In this document: piece after piece, positions 9,771 through 19,181 of the stretch | Layout of the letters: the number at the start of each line of letters is the position of its first letter | Position numbering within the stretch: the stretch's first letter is position 1 | From: Candidatus Omnitrophota bacterium | Lineage (GTDB): Bacteria > Omnitrophota > Gorgyraeia > Gygaellales > Profunditerraquicolaceae | Assembly (NCBI GenBank): GCA_041662125.1 | Contig: JBAZTA010000003.1 | Span: 71,992 to 135,991, forward strand | DNA length: 64,000 bases | Reading direction: 5' to 3' | Position numbers and translations under genes: made by a program | Notes under the pieces: generated by a model | The model's input: the letters and a program-made list of their open reading frames with translations, nothing else | Database searches by the model: none | What the model was told of the DNA's origin: nothing

Positions 9771-10814
9771 TTATTCGACCAGGTGTTTGGTGGGTTTGTA
9801 TTTCTTGAGTATCATGACGCTGAATATTGAGAGTATGAGAACAACAAAGCTTATAATTGAATCATAGATGAGCGGATTGATCCAAAAGCGTATTGGCATG
9901 AGTGATTCAAAAATGAGATAATGACTTACGTAAATGCCTAAGGTTAATGAAGAATATCGTTCAATAATGCTGTCTTTTCCCAGGCAGGGACGAGCTAATA
10001 CCAGGAGAAATGCTCCTAAACCAAACGGCAGGGTCGCCAGGCTAAAATCGAATTTCTGGATGCCGAAAGACCTTGCCAGAAAGTATGCTTCAGTTAGCTG
10101 TAAGATCATTCCAGCCAATAAAATATAGAGCGCTATCCTAAAATTAATGGTATTACGGCCGGAGAGCTTCCAGCCGATCGCCGTGAAAATCGCCCCGAAA
10201 AATGGCCCATTTCTCACGTTAAGGTGTAGGGAAATGCCGATCGGCGATTTGGAGTATACACCCGCAAGCAAGCCAAAAATATAGAGTGCGGCGCATATGT
10301 ATAAAACATATTTTTCTTTCTTGGCTGCCACGCAGTAGGTAATGATCGATAAAGCGATTATGAGCGCCGGTAGAAACCATAAATGCAGCCTGCTGCCTTG
10401 AAGTAAGAATAAAATAGGGTGGTTTCCTATGAAGCCGACCGTATCAGTAGAGAAGGCTTTTACATACCCGGGGAATCCGTTCTTAATGATCGATCCTAAT
10501 GTTGTTTCAGTGATGATACCGTAAAGAACTGTCCAGCCAACAAAAATTGAGAATATCCTTCGCGCGTATTGTTTAAAGACAACCAGGGGTGGCTTTTTTT
10601 GCAATGATTTACCGAAAAAATACCCGGAAACGATAAAAAAATACGGAACGGCAAAACGGCAGAGTTTATCTATAATGAAATTCACCGCCCACAAGGTGTC
10701 AGAGGCGTATTTCTCGGCGCTGAAATTATACGGTGAAGTATGAATACAAATAACGGCAAAGATAGCGAACAAACGCATCGTGTCAAAGCCTTGGAGATGT
10801 TTTTCAGCGGCCAA
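9771..10814 (-). CDS. acyltransferase family 3 (OafA-like) integral membrane protein
   Basis: 347 aa with about 10 TM helices. The N-terminal FDTMRLFAIFAVICIHT pattern is typical of PF01757. Confidence 0.75.
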   Translation of the reverse strand: MAAEKHLQGFDTMRLFAIFAVICIHTSPYNFSAEKYASDTLWAVNFIIDKLCRFAVPYFFIVSGYFFGKSLQKKPPLVVFKQYARRIFSIFVGWTVLYGIITETTLGSIIKNGFPGYVKAFSTDTVGFIGNHPILFLLQGSRLHLWFLPALIIALSIITYCVAAKKEKYVLYICAALYIFGLLAGVYSKSPIGISLHLNVRNGPFFGAIFTAIGWKLSGRNTINFRIALYILLAGMILQLTEAYFLARSFGIQKFDFSLATLPFGLGAFLLVLARPCLGKDSIIERYSSLTLGIYVSHYLIFESLMPIRFWINPLIYDSIISFVVLILSIFSVMILKKYKPTKHLVE

Positions 10815-10826
10815 GTCTACCTCCTC

Positions 10827-11549
10827 TTATTCAACTTCAAAGGAAATTATGACGGTAAATGATAATTGCGGGTAATCGAGCTCTTTTGGAAAAGCAGGAA
10901 ACGGTGAAGAATCCCTGATGCTTTTGATCGCGGTCTGCTTTAAATAGGAGTTTCCCGAAGATTTTTCTTCCAGAAATTTTAAATCAATCAGTTTTCCGTC
11001 ACTGGCAATGACAAATGATAAATATACTTCTCCGGTTACGGTGCGCACGTAGTTGTAATACGCCGCGCGCCTGATCTTTTCTCTGACGAACTGGTAATAA
11101 CCCATGTAAGAAGGGTTTTTGATCTTATCGGGTTCTACCATAGGTAAAGAGATTTTCTTTTTAATCGGGATCGTATCCGGCTTTATCAATGCCGGTTTAA
11201 TGAACGGTGATGGCCTGCGCAGGCTTTCTATATTTTTTGAGATATCCTGCAGGTTATTTTTTGAGTTGGGTAAAGGCGTTATTGTTTTATCAGCGGTTAT
11301 TGTGGGCTGCAGCGCTACCAGCGGCTGGTTTTTAAGCGCGATATTCTTGGCCGGGATTGCCTGCGGAGGCAGGCGTTTTACATAACTGATGCGGAGTTCC
11401 CGTTGTTTATTTTTTTCCGGTTTATGCAGTAATCCGGAATATTGAAAGAAAATTAAGCTATGGGCGAGCACAGAAAGAGTAAGTGATATTTGGAATATTT
11501 TGTCTGGGAACATGGATATTAGGTTAACATAGTAACTTAGTTTTTTCAA
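10827..11549 (-). CDS. tonB: energy transducer TonB
   Basis: 240 aa with an N-terminal TM, a Pro/Lys-rich spacer and the C-terminal TonB_C fold (YYQFVREKIRRAAYYNY...GEVYLSFVIASDGKLIDLKF...SSGNSYLKQTAIKSIRDSSPFPAFP). It lies immediately downstream of the BtuB-like receptor. Confidence 0.75.
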   Translation of the reverse strand: MKKLSYYVNLISMFPDKIFQISLTLSVLAHSLIFFQYSGLLHKPEKNKQRELRISYVKRLPPQAIPAKNIALKNQPLVALQPTITADKTITPLPNSKNNLQDISKNIESLRRPSPFIKPALIKPDTIPIKKKISLPMVEPDKIKNPSYMGYYQFVREKIRRAAYYNYVRTVTGEVYLSFVIASDGKLIDLKFLEEKSSGNSYLKQTAIKSIRDSSPFPAFPKELDYPQLSFTVIISFEVE

Positions 11550-11562
11550 GTATTATGCGGAA

Positions 11563-11707
11563 CACCTCGCCTTAATTTGAAAGGCGAGTGTACTGCTTTC
11601 TGCAGTAGAAAGCCGCACACCCGCGCAATTCCGCCGCAGCAAGCGGGGCGTACCCAGCCATACCAATTAGCTGGGTGCGATTAGCGCGTGGTGTTGCAGA
11701 CAACTCG
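11563..11707 (+). repeat. structured intergenic element, copy A (AGAAAG-loop hairpin plus bulged CACCC..GGGGUG hairpin, two sub-hairpins)
   Basis: Core GCAGTAGAAAGCCGCACACCCGCG...GCGGGGCG followed by TACCCAGCCATACCAATTAGCTGGGTGCG. The element is enclosed by the long-range pairing GGCGAGTG.../...CAACTCGCC. Related copies occur at 20148-20200 and, inverted, at 28707-28800. Confidence 0.5.
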
Positions 11708-11710
11708 CCA

Positions 11711-13555
11711 TCAAAACTCAATTTTCACGCCATTGGTGATAGCAAATCCCGGCATGGGAAATTCGCGGATCACTTCATATTTTTTGTTTAACAGGTTATC
11801 AATAGAAAAGTAATACGTGAAATATGGGTTGAATCTTTTTGATGCATGTATCCCGATTGAGTAAAATCTTTTCACTTTGACCGTGTTTGCGGCATCGTGG
11901 TAGCGTTTGTCGGTAAATTGAGCGTTTATTTTTATGGAAAAGCCATGTAAGTCTGCGTATGCAAGAGAACAATCAGCTTTATGTTTTGGCTGGTAGATAA
12001 GGTATTTGTTTGTTTGGTCATCGATCGCGCGCAAAAAAGTATATCCGGTATTAAACTGAATATTTTTCGCAAGCGAGATTTTATTCTCAAATTCTATGCC
12101 GTCAATGAGCGCTGAGCCTACATTATCAGGCATCCAAACTCCTGCATCTTCTGCCCAGTTGATCAGGTCTTTGAAGTCATTCCTGAAGTAAGTCAGGCGT
12201 GTGGTTAAAAAGTCATTGATGGATAGTGTTGTGCCGATTTCTTTTGTTATTCCTTTTTCCGGTTTTAATCCGGGATTTCCTTTTGCCCATCCTTCATCAG
12301 GCCAGTAGAGATCATTAAAGGTAGGCGCGCGGAAAGACCGGCTGATCAATCCATGGAATTTTAAGACAGGATTGAAGCGGTAGAGAAAGGAAAAATTGGG
12401 GTTGCTTTGAGTTCCGAAATTCGAATAATCGTCGAATCTGGCCCCTAAGTTGAATTCTAAATTTTCTAAAGCAGTGAATTTGTTCTCTAAATAACCGGCT
12501 ACGACGTGGTAGTTATTCTTTTGGGAATTAGTGCTGTCATTGGTATTGCCAATATAGTTAAAGCCACATATGAAGTGATAGCGGTCCTGGAAGAGTTTTT
12601 TATTGCCTTGAATGTCAAAGCCTGTTACGTTGGTCGTATGGATATCTTTTTTATTTGCGGTATCAAAAAAAGATCCGGCTGTGAACTCACTAAAAATCAA
12701 TTTATCATAACTGTGGTAGGATTTGAACGATAATCCAGCCGATTCATCAGGCGTATATTTCCAGGTGAGATCTTGAGAATTCTTTCGGGAATTCTGCTTG
12801 TCATCGGAATCAGGCTGGGATAGAGAGCCGGGTGAGCCGAGGTTGCTGGAATAAAAGCCGGAATTGAATATGATTGCATGGGCTTCGTGAGGCGTATATT
12901 TTAATTTCATATTATAATCTTGCGCGTTGAATAATGCGTTTGCCCTGAAGCCGTCTGAATGGGTATATCCATGGGTGAAGAGGTATCCGAATTGTGAGTT
13001 TGCGTTTCCATTTGTCAGGCGCTGGGTATAGGTGCGTAAGCTCCCGATACTGGAATATAGTTCTGTCTTAGGGCTTTTGCGCGGTGGATCTTTGGTGATG
13101 ATGTTAATCGCCCCCCCCATGGCGCTTGAACCGTAGAGATGGGATACCGGCCCATGCACGATTTCTATTTTATCTACCGTATCCAGCGGGATCATGCTTA
13201 AATCAGCCTCTCCATTTCTTGGGCTGTTTATAGGCTTGCCGTCGACCATAACTAACGTTTGCGCCGCGCTTGAGCCGCGCATGCGAATGTTTTTGGTCGC
13301 CCCCGGTCCTCCATAATTACTTATATTGACTGCGGTAAATTGCGTGAGGAGTTCGCTGAGGTCGCCTGATGCTGTTTTTTCAATGTCTTCTGAAGTTATC
13401 ATATCGACATTTTGAGGGGTATTTCCCGATGGTTCTTCGGTGCGTGAAGGGGTTACAACGATCTTTTCTAATGAAAGGTCCTGACTTTTCGAAATGCCAT
13501 AAAAGCTTAAAAAAACCAGTGCCGTTAGTATTACGTTCTTGATGCGTGGTATCAT
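11711..13555 (-). CDS. TonB-dependent outer-membrane receptor, BtuB-like (cobalamin/siderophore class)
   Basis: 614 aa. It has a signal peptide, TonB box LEKIVVTP, a plug domain, a 22-strand barrel and a C-terminal aromatic residue (…GVKIEF). It lies directly downstream of a candidate cobalamin riboswitch within the cob/btu locus. Confidence 0.85.
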   Translation of the reverse strand: MIPRIKNVILTALVFLSFYGISKSQDLSLEKIVVTPSRTEEPSGNTPQNVDMITSEDIEKTASGDLSELLTQFTAVNISNYGGPGATKNIRMRGSSAAQTLVMVDGKPINSPRNGEADLSMIPLDTVDKIEIVHGPVSHLYGSSAMGGAINIITKDPPRKSPKTELYSSIGSLRTYTQRLTNGNANSQFGYLFTHGYTHSDGFRANALFNAQDYNMKLKYTPHEAHAIIFNSGFYSSNLGSPGSLSQPDSDDKQNSRKNSQDLTWKYTPDESAGLSFKSYHSYDKLIFSEFTAGSFFDTANKKDIHTTNVTGFDIQGNKKLFQDRYHFICGFNYIGNTNDSTNSQKNNYHVVAGYLENKFTALENLEFNLGARFDDYSNFGTQSNPNFSFLYRFNPVLKFHGLISRSFRAPTFNDLYWPDEGWAKGNPGLKPEKGITKEIGTTLSINDFLTTRLTYFRNDFKDLINWAEDAGVWMPDNVGSALIDGIEFENKISLAKNIQFNTGYTFLRAIDDQTNKYLIYQPKHKADCSLAYADLHGFSIKINAQFTDKRYHDAANTVKVKRFYSIGIHASKRFNPYFTYYFSIDNLLNKKYEVIREFPMPGFAITNGVKIEF

Positions 13556-13584
13556 GGTTCTCCTTTTCTTTCCGTCGAAAGTAC

Positions 13585-13730
13585 TTCCTTGGTAGGTGAT
13601 AGACCGGACTTCTCTTACTTTGATAAGAGTTTACCGTTGCGGGGCAGTGGCTTTTGATTTTTCTTCTCCTTTTATGGAGACCTGTCTCCTTGCAGGCTCA
13701 AATAAGCACTTCCTTCACCTATCCGGGTTT
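13585..13730 (-). promoter_or_regulatory. candidate cobalamin (B12) riboswitch in the leader of the BtuB-like receptor
   Basis: The minus-strand RNA has a closing P1 (GGAUAGGUGA...UAUCACCUACC) enclosing GCCACUG, CCCGCAACGGUAAA and a B12-box-like AAGUCCGGUCUAUCACCUACC. It sits immediately upstream of the receptor start. Confidence 0.45.
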
Positions 13731-13734
13731 GATT

Positions 13735-14442
13735 TTACTTATCGCTGCTGCCGTATTTCTTGATATCAAGAAACCAGTGTTTCCAGAAACCGTCTTTTAA
13801 AATTGGTGATGATTCAATGATCTGGAGCCTTTTTTTAAAAATCGGTCCGTCGATAACAAGCGTATGGTATTCTCCGTTTTCTCCGCAGGGGCAGATGCCT
13901 TTTTTCTTTAGTTCCTCGATCAGGGGGAGGTTGATTTCTCTGCCGATGAATTCTTTGCCCATCAAGTCAGCTTTTGCGCTGACAATGATTGCTTTGAACC
14001 CCAATGCGATGAATTCTTTGATAATATTTTCCGTCGGGATCTCCCAGAGCGGCTCAACCGCCTGTATCCCTATCTCAGCGCAGACGCGTTCGACCCAGCT
14101 TTGGTGGTCTAAGAGGTAAATGTCACCGAACACCATTGATGTAATGCCCTGGGGTAAGAATTCGGTCACTGCTTTTTTAAACTCTGCTTCGTATTTTTGC
14201 ATGTCGGGGCTTACTTCTTTTTGAACTATAGGAACGCCGATTAATTCAGCCTGTAGTTTGAGCAGCCCTCCTTCAAGCCCGTGAAAACAGCCTCGTTTTG
14301 AGTCTTGAGAAATAAAGTTTAAAAGACAGGACACCTGGTATCCCGCCTTGAGCGCTTTATAGTACGCCAGGCAGCTGTCTTTTCCTCCGCTCCAGGAAGA
14401 TATTGCCGTTGTTTTTTTAGATGTTTTTGTCATAGTATCCAT
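13735..14442 (-). CDS. PP-loop ATP pyrophosphatase, Dph6/MJ0570 (DUF71) family
   Basis: 235 aa with the SWSGGKDS PP-loop and ExxE motifs. It is embedded between cobS and the btuB-like gene. Confidence 0.7.
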   Translation of the reverse strand: MDTMTKTSKKTTAISSWSGGKDSCLAYYKALKAGYQVSCLLNFISQDSKRGCFHGLEGGLLKLQAELIGVPIVQKEVSPDMQKYEAEFKKAVTEFLPQGITSMVFGDIYLLDHQSWVERVCAEIGIQAVEPLWEIPTENIIKEFIALGFKAIIVSAKADLMGKEFIGREINLPLIEELKKKGICPCGENGEYHTLVIDGPIFKKRLQIIESSPILKDGFWKHWFLDIKKYGSSDK

Positions 14443-14457
14443 GGTGGACCTCCTGTG

Positions 14458-15189
14458 CTAAAGAATACAAATCCATAATAAACAAATGATTTCGCTTATT
14501 TCGTTGATGGCTCCCAGCGTATCGCCTGTCATGCCTTCGATCTTACGGGATAAAGACCGGCCTAAGAAATAGGTGAAAATAGTTATGATGAGAAAAAGTA
14601 AAAGGCCCTGTAATCTGCCGATGCAGAGGGCGCATACTATGGTTACCAGCGCAGCTTTTGTTACAATTCCTGCGTTTATCCCTTCAAAGAAAGATTTCGC
14701 TTTGCCATCTTTGCGCGCGTAGGGGAATAAAAATAAGTTCCAGACTAAAGCCCATCTGCCAAGCAGGCACATTAAAAGTAATGCTGTCGGTTTAGCTGCT
14801 GGCGCTAAAGCATATAAAAAAGCAAATTTCAGGGACAGAGCGCTGGTTATACTGACTACTCCCATGACGCCGATATGCGGGTCTTTCATGATGGCAAGAG
14901 ATCCTTCTTTACTCTTGCCGCTTAAGAGGCCGTCTGCGGTATCAGCAAGCCCGTCAAGATGCATTGCTGCAGTCAGAATTGCCAGCGTAATCACGAGTAT
15001 AATATCGATAGATAACGGGGGTAATCCGATAAAACGGCACAGGGTATGCATGAAGCATAATGCGGCGCCGAGCAATAATCCTACGAGTGGAAAATATACT
15101 AATGATCGTGATGCTGTTTCTTGAGTGAGCGTTTTTATTTTTACCGGAATAATAGTTAAAAATTGTAAAGCAAAGAATAGATGTGTCAT
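14458..15189 (-). CDS. cobS: adenosylcobinamide-GDP ribazoletransferase (cobalamin 5'-phosphate synthase)
   Basis: 243 aa polytopic membrane protein. MTHLFFALQFLTIIPV and the DGLADTADG motif are present. Confidence 0.85.
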   Translation of the reverse strand: MTHLFFALQFLTIIPVKIKTLTQETASRSLVYFPLVGLLLGAALCFMHTLCRFIGLPPLSIDIILVITLAILTAAMHLDGLADTADGLLSGKSKEGSLAIMKDPHIGVMGVVSITSALSLKFAFLYALAPAAKPTALLLMCLLGRWALVWNLFLFPYARKDGKAKSFFEGINAGIVTKAALVTIVCALCIGRLQGLLLFLIITIFTYFLGRSLSRKIEGMTGDTLGAINEISEIICLLWICIL

Positions 15190-16247
15190 TGTGGCAATTT
15201 TTGAGAAACGTTGGCACTCTGGAAAGAGGCCATTTGGGTTAATATTTTTAAGGAAGCTTCGATGAGCGGCATTGCTAATGCGGCGCCGGTTCCTTCCCCG
15301 AGGCGCAGTCCTAAATTTAAAATAGGTTTAAGCCCTAGTTTCTTTAAGATCACCGCATGGCCTTTTTCCACTGATTCGTGGCTGGCGATCATATACTCTT
15401 TGCTGAGCGGCTGTAATGTATAAGCGATAAGTGCGGCCGCCCCCGAGTTGAAACCGTCTATAACAACAGGGATCTTACGCGCTGCTGCTGCCAGGATGAT
15501 GCCCGTGATCCCGCCAATTTCAAATCCTCCGACTTTTGCCAGGACATCAAGGGGGTCACTATGATCAGGCTGATTGATCTTAAGCGATTTTTTGATAACG
15601 CTGATTTTATGCTTAAGCCCACGTTCATCGATCCCTGTCCCTCTTCCGGTTACATCAACGACATCGTTTTTGGTCAATACCGCGGTGATAGCGCTTGATG
15701 CGGTGGTGTTGCCGATACCCATTTCCCCGGTCCCGATAATATCAATCCCATTCTTGAATTCGTTTTCGAAAATCGTGATACCGGTTTCTATCGCTTGGAT
15801 CGCTTGATCGCTTGACATCGCGGCAGTTTTTGCCATATTGCGCGTGCCGCAGGCGATTTTCTTCACGATTAACCCATTTTTCTGCGCCAGATCGACAGCG
15901 ACGCCCACATCAGCGACGACCACTTTGGCTCCGGCATGTTTTGCCAATACATTGATGCCTGCGCCTCCAGAAAGAAAATTATAAACCATTTGCGCAGTGA
16001 CTTCTTTGGGGAATGCGCTCACGTTTTCTTCAGTGACTCCGTGGTCAGCAACAAGGATGAAAATGACCTTGCGGGATACATCCGGGTTTTTCTGCCCCGT
16101 TATCCCGGCGATTTCTTTTGCCAGGTCTTCTAACCTGCCTAAACTTCCCTGTGGCTTGGTAAGATTATCCAGCCTTATTTGCGTTTCTTGCATCAGGAGA
16201 TGGTTGATACTGGTTATGTTTTTTAGAGTTTGAGTGAGAATATCCAT
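15186..16247 (-). CDS. cobT: nicotinate-nucleotide--dimethylbenzimidazole phosphoribosyltransferase
   Basis: 353 aa with GEMGIGNTT, the ADHGV region and C-terminal GEGTGAALAMPL. Confidence 0.9.
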   Translation of the reverse strand: MDILTQTLKNITSINHLLMQETQIRLDNLTKPQGSLGRLEDLAKEIAGITGQKNPDVSRKVIFILVADHGVTEENVSAFPKEVTAQMVYNFLSGGAGINVLAKHAGAKVVVADVGVAVDLAQKNGLIVKKIACGTRNMAKTAAMSSDQAIQAIETGITIFENEFKNGIDIIGTGEMGIGNTTASSAITAVLTKNDVVDVTGRGTGIDERGLKHKISVIKKSLKINQPDHSDPLDVLAKVGGFEIGGITGIILAAAARKIPVVIDGFNSGAAALIAYTLQPLSKEYMIASHESVEKGHAVILKKLGLKPILNLGLRLGEGTGAALAMPLIEASLKILTQMASFQSANVSQKLPQ

Positions 16248-16249
16248 TT

Positions 16250-16765
16250 TTATTTTACCTTTAACGGTTGCGCTGAAACCATAAAAATAACAGTATCTGA
16301 TTCTTGAGCGATGAGTTGATTGATCAATCCTGCGGTATCCCTGAAAGCTCTTGCCAGTTTGTTAGCCGGGACAATACCAAGCCCGACTTCATTAGAAACG
16401 AGTATAGCCTGAGAGTTGAGTTTTTTCAGCGCTGCGGCCAAAGAAGACATTTTTTTTTGAATGGTATTGTTTTTGATACCGGTTAACATGAGATTCGAAA
16501 CTAACAGTGTTAAACAATCAATGATGACGCATTCGAAATTAAAATCCTTAGCTTTAATTATTTTTTCAGGGTCGAGGCATTCCTCAAAAGTTTTCCAGGC
16601 AGATGGCCGGGATTGTTTATGGAGTTTGATGCGTTGTTTCATCTCTTGATCTTTGGCTTGGGCAGTGGCGATATAGGCGACTCTTGTAAAGCGCTTGGCT
16701 AATTTCAGGGCATGACTGCTTTTCCCGCTTCTTGCCCCTCCTAAAATAAAGGTTATTTTACCCAT
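16250..16765 (-). CDS. cobU: bifunctional adenosylcobinamide kinase / adenosylcobinamide-phosphate guanylyltransferase
   Basis: 171 aa. The Walker A GGARSGKS and the overall CobU/CobP length and fold fit. Confidence 0.85.
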   Translation of the reverse strand: MGKITFILGGARSGKSSHALKLAKRFTRVAYIATAQAKDQEMKQRIKLHKQSRPSAWKTFEECLDPEKIIKAKDFNFECVIIDCLTLLVSNLMLTGIKNNTIQKKMSSLAAALKKLNSQAILVSNEVGLGIVPANKLARAFRDTAGLINQLIAQESDTVIFMVSAQPLKVK

Positions 16766-17399
16766 TTTTTCCCTTCATGCGCATTCTTTTTAAAGAAGGC
16801 GGTTCTAAATGTTTGGTGTCGTTAAAGATCTTTATCCGAGCAGTTTTATCCGTATAAACAATAATACTGATGGCTGTTGAGCGCGGGATCTGTTTCCAGA
16901 AATCACGGGTTTTCAAGAGGTAGGTTATATAGATACTGATCGTCCCTCCGTGGCATACTACCGCTATTGTTTTATTGGTATTGGCAGCAACAATATTTTT
17001 TATTGCTTTTACTACCCGCTTCCTGAAATCTGTTACTTTTTCTCCCCGGGGGATAGCTACGCTGAAAGGGTCGTTAAGCCACCGGGAGTAAAGTGTTGTG
17101 TATTTTTTCATGATTTGCTTATGTTTAAGGCCTTCGAAGCATCCGAAATGCATTTCGCGTAAATCAGGGATCTTTTCTATTTCCTTGTCCTTGAAGATTA
17201 TCTGAGCTGTCTGGATAGCGCGTTTTCTATCGCTGGCATAAATTTTGTGGATAAGCTGGCCTTTGAGCCTTTCAGAGAGCCGTGCTGCTTGTTTTTTGCC
17301 GTCGGCATTAAGCGCTATATCTTTATAACCGCAATATTTTTTTTGAAAATTCCATGCGGTTTGCCCATGCCTGATCAAAAAGAGGGTTGTTGAGGTCAT
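16758..17399 (-). CDS. cobC: alpha-ribazole phosphatase (histidine phosphatase superfamily)
   Basis: 213 aa with the RHGQTAWN catalytic motif and a CHGG region. Its position in the cob operon supports CobC. Confidence 0.75.
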   Translation of the reverse strand: MTSTTLFLIRHGQTAWNFQKKYCGYKDIALNADGKKQAARLSERLKGQLIHKIYASDRKRAIQTAQIIFKDKEIEKIPDLREMHFGCFEGLKHKQIMKKYTTLYSRWLNDPFSVAIPRGEKVTDFRKRVVKAIKNIVAANTNKTIAVVCHGGTISIYITYLLKTRDFWKQIPRSTAISIIVYTDKTARIKIFNDTKHLEPPSLKRMRMKGKNG

Positions 17400-17409
17400 A
17401 TGTTTTCTG

Positions 17410-18204
17410 CTACCTTTCCGGGCTTTTATCAGTTGCGGAAACTAAAAGCACGTACGGTTTTTTATTTATCGGGTTTTTATCAACCACGACCACTGTTTTA
17501 TATACCGATTCGATTGTTTGATACGTGAGTACCTTTTCAGGCGAGCCTTCAGTAAAGATCTTCCCGTGATCCAGTAAAACCAGGCGGTTGCAATATTCCG
17601 CAGCGAGATTTAAGTCGTGCATTATAATGACAATGGTGAGGCTCTTGTTTTGGTTGAGCGTTTTGAGCATGTCTAATATTTGTATTTGATGCCCGATATC
17701 AAGGTGTGAAGTCGGTTCATCAAGGAATAATATTTTAGGCTCCTGCGCGAGCGCTTTGGCAATGAAGACACGCTGGCGTTCTCCGGAACTCAATTCATTG
17801 ATCCGCTTGTTCTTAAGCGTTTCGGTGTCTGTCAGAAGCATAGCTTCATGCGCAGTTGCCAGGTCTTGCTTTGTCTGCCACGCAAGGCGTTTCTGATGAG
17901 GTATCCTGCCCATGAGAACAATTTCAAAGGCAGTGAATGAAAAATTTACGGCAGTATCCTGGGCAACGAACGCAGCCTGCTGGCAGAATTCTTTAATGCC
18001 CATAGTATTGGTTTCTCGGTTGTTAAGCTGGATCGAGCCTTGGCGAGGTTTTAAGGCGCGGCTCATGACGCGTAGTAATGTTGTTTTGCCGGAACCGTTC
18101 GGCCCGATAATACCGATAAAATCACCTTTTGTGATCTCAAGCGTAATATCGTGCAATATGTCTCCTGTATAATAACCCGCGCTTAAATTGTTTATTTGTA
18201 TCAT
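17410..18204 (-). CDS. ABC transporter ATP-binding protein (BtuD/FecE-like, cobalamin/iron-complex import)
   Basis: Walker A GPNGSGKTT, signature LSSGERQRV and Walker B ILFLDEP. The start was reassigned to MIQINNL at 18204, because the track's longer 315 aa ORF overlaps the permease by 157 nt. Confidence 0.85.
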   Translation of the reverse strand: MIQINNLSAGYYTGDILHDITLEITKGDFIGIIGPNGSGKTTLLRVMSRALKPRQGSIQLNNRETNTMGIKEFCQQAAFVAQDTAVNFSFTAFEIVLMGRIPHQKRLAWQTKQDLATAHEAMLLTDTETLKNKRINELSSGERQRVFIAKALAQEPKILFLDEPTSHLDIGHQIQILDMLKTLNQNKSLTIVIIMHDLNLAAEYCNRLVLLDHGKIFTEGSPEKVLTYQTIESVYKTVVVVDKNPINKKPYVLLVSATDKSPER

Positions 18205-19181
18205 TTTTCTTGTACCCGTTGGCTCTTTTTGAGCAGGATAATGAATACAGGAGCGCCAATGATCGCTGTGATAACACCGATCGGGATCTCCAAAGGCGGA
18301 TATATGGTCCGTGAAACGGTATCGCAGGTGACCATGAATGCCGCTGCTGCCAGGCACGTCGTGGGAATAAGTATTTTATGATTTGAACCTACCAGTAAAC
18401 GCATGATATGGGGAATGATCAATCCGACAAAACCGATAATACCGCATATGCAGACGATGCCGGCGGTAATAAGCGAAGTGACTACCAGTAAGATCTTCTT
18501 GACAGTTTCAACGTTAATGCCTACGTGCAGCGCTTCTTCTTCTCCCAGGCTTATGGCATTGAGGTCCTGAGAAAATATGTAAAGTATTGCGATGCCTGCG
18601 CAAACCAGGAATGCGACCATGGCAATAAGAGTAATGTCGTATACCTGCAGGCTTCCCCAGAGCCACCAGGTTATCCCGTGCAGCGCTTCATTTCCTGAAA
18701 TTGAGATCAAAAAGACGATGACCGCTGAGAGTGCTACTGACACGATAACTCCGGAAAGTATCAGTGATTGTTCCTGAACCTTGTTGTTCTGTTTGGCCAG
18801 GGTATAGACTAAAATACAGCTGGAAATTGCCCCCAAGAATGCCGCCAAGGGGAAATAGATACGTGATATGCCAATGATCAGCCCTATGACTGCTGCCAGG
18901 CCCGCACCGCTTGATGTCCCCAGAAGGTATGGTTCAGCCAGCGGGTTGCGTAAAATAGCCTGGAGGACTAATCCCGAGACAGCTAAACCACTGCCGGCTA
19001 CTATCGCGATCAATATCCGGTAGAGCCGTAGCGTAAGGATCGGATGGTTTTCTTTCTTGAGTAATTCTCCAATTGATAAATTAGCCGCGCCTTTGATGAC
19101 GCCTATGATGACTGCCGCAATTAATATTGCTCCCAGCCAGAATAATATTTTCTTAAGATTAATATTCATGTGCGGATACAT
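18201..19181 (-). CDS. ABC transporter permease, FecCD/BtuC family
   Basis: 326 aa with about 9 TM helices and the LGEEEALHVGIN region typical of FecCD permeases. Confidence 0.85.
   Translation of the reverse strand: MYPHMNINLKKILFWLGAILIAAVIIGVIKGAANLSIGELLKKENHPILTLRLYRILIAIVAGSGLAVSGLVLQAILRNPLAEPYLLGTSSGAGLAAVIGLIIGISRIYFPLAAFLGAISSCILVYTLAKQNNKVQEQSLILSGVIVSVALSAVIVFLISISGNEALHGITWWLWGSLQVYDITLIAMVAFLVCAGIAILYIFSQDLNAISLGEEEALHVGINVETVKKILLVVTSLITAGIVCICGIIGFVGLIIPHIMRLLVGSNHKILIPTTCLAAAAFMVTCDTVSRTIYPPLEIPIGVITAIIGAPVFIILLKKSQRVQEK

Noticed and set aside
11563-11707. Repeat copies A/B/C as additional cobalamin riboswitches
   Set aside because: They lack the B12-box and GGGAA/GGUG core, and occur in both orientations relative to genes. 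The single region at 13585-13730 was kept as the only riboswitch candidate, and that only at moderate confidence.
17410-18357. Track-defined 315 aa ABC ATPase, 372 aa-type N-terminal extensions of btuF (19159-20136), the secretin (to 28833), the receiver (to 48766), uvrB (to 58640) and PlsC (to 54554)
   Set aside because: The longest-ORF starts create 77-160 nt overlaps or run into leader hairpins. Internal ATGs with signal peptides or conserved N-termini (18204, 20004, 28695, 48661, 58625, 54458) were used instead.
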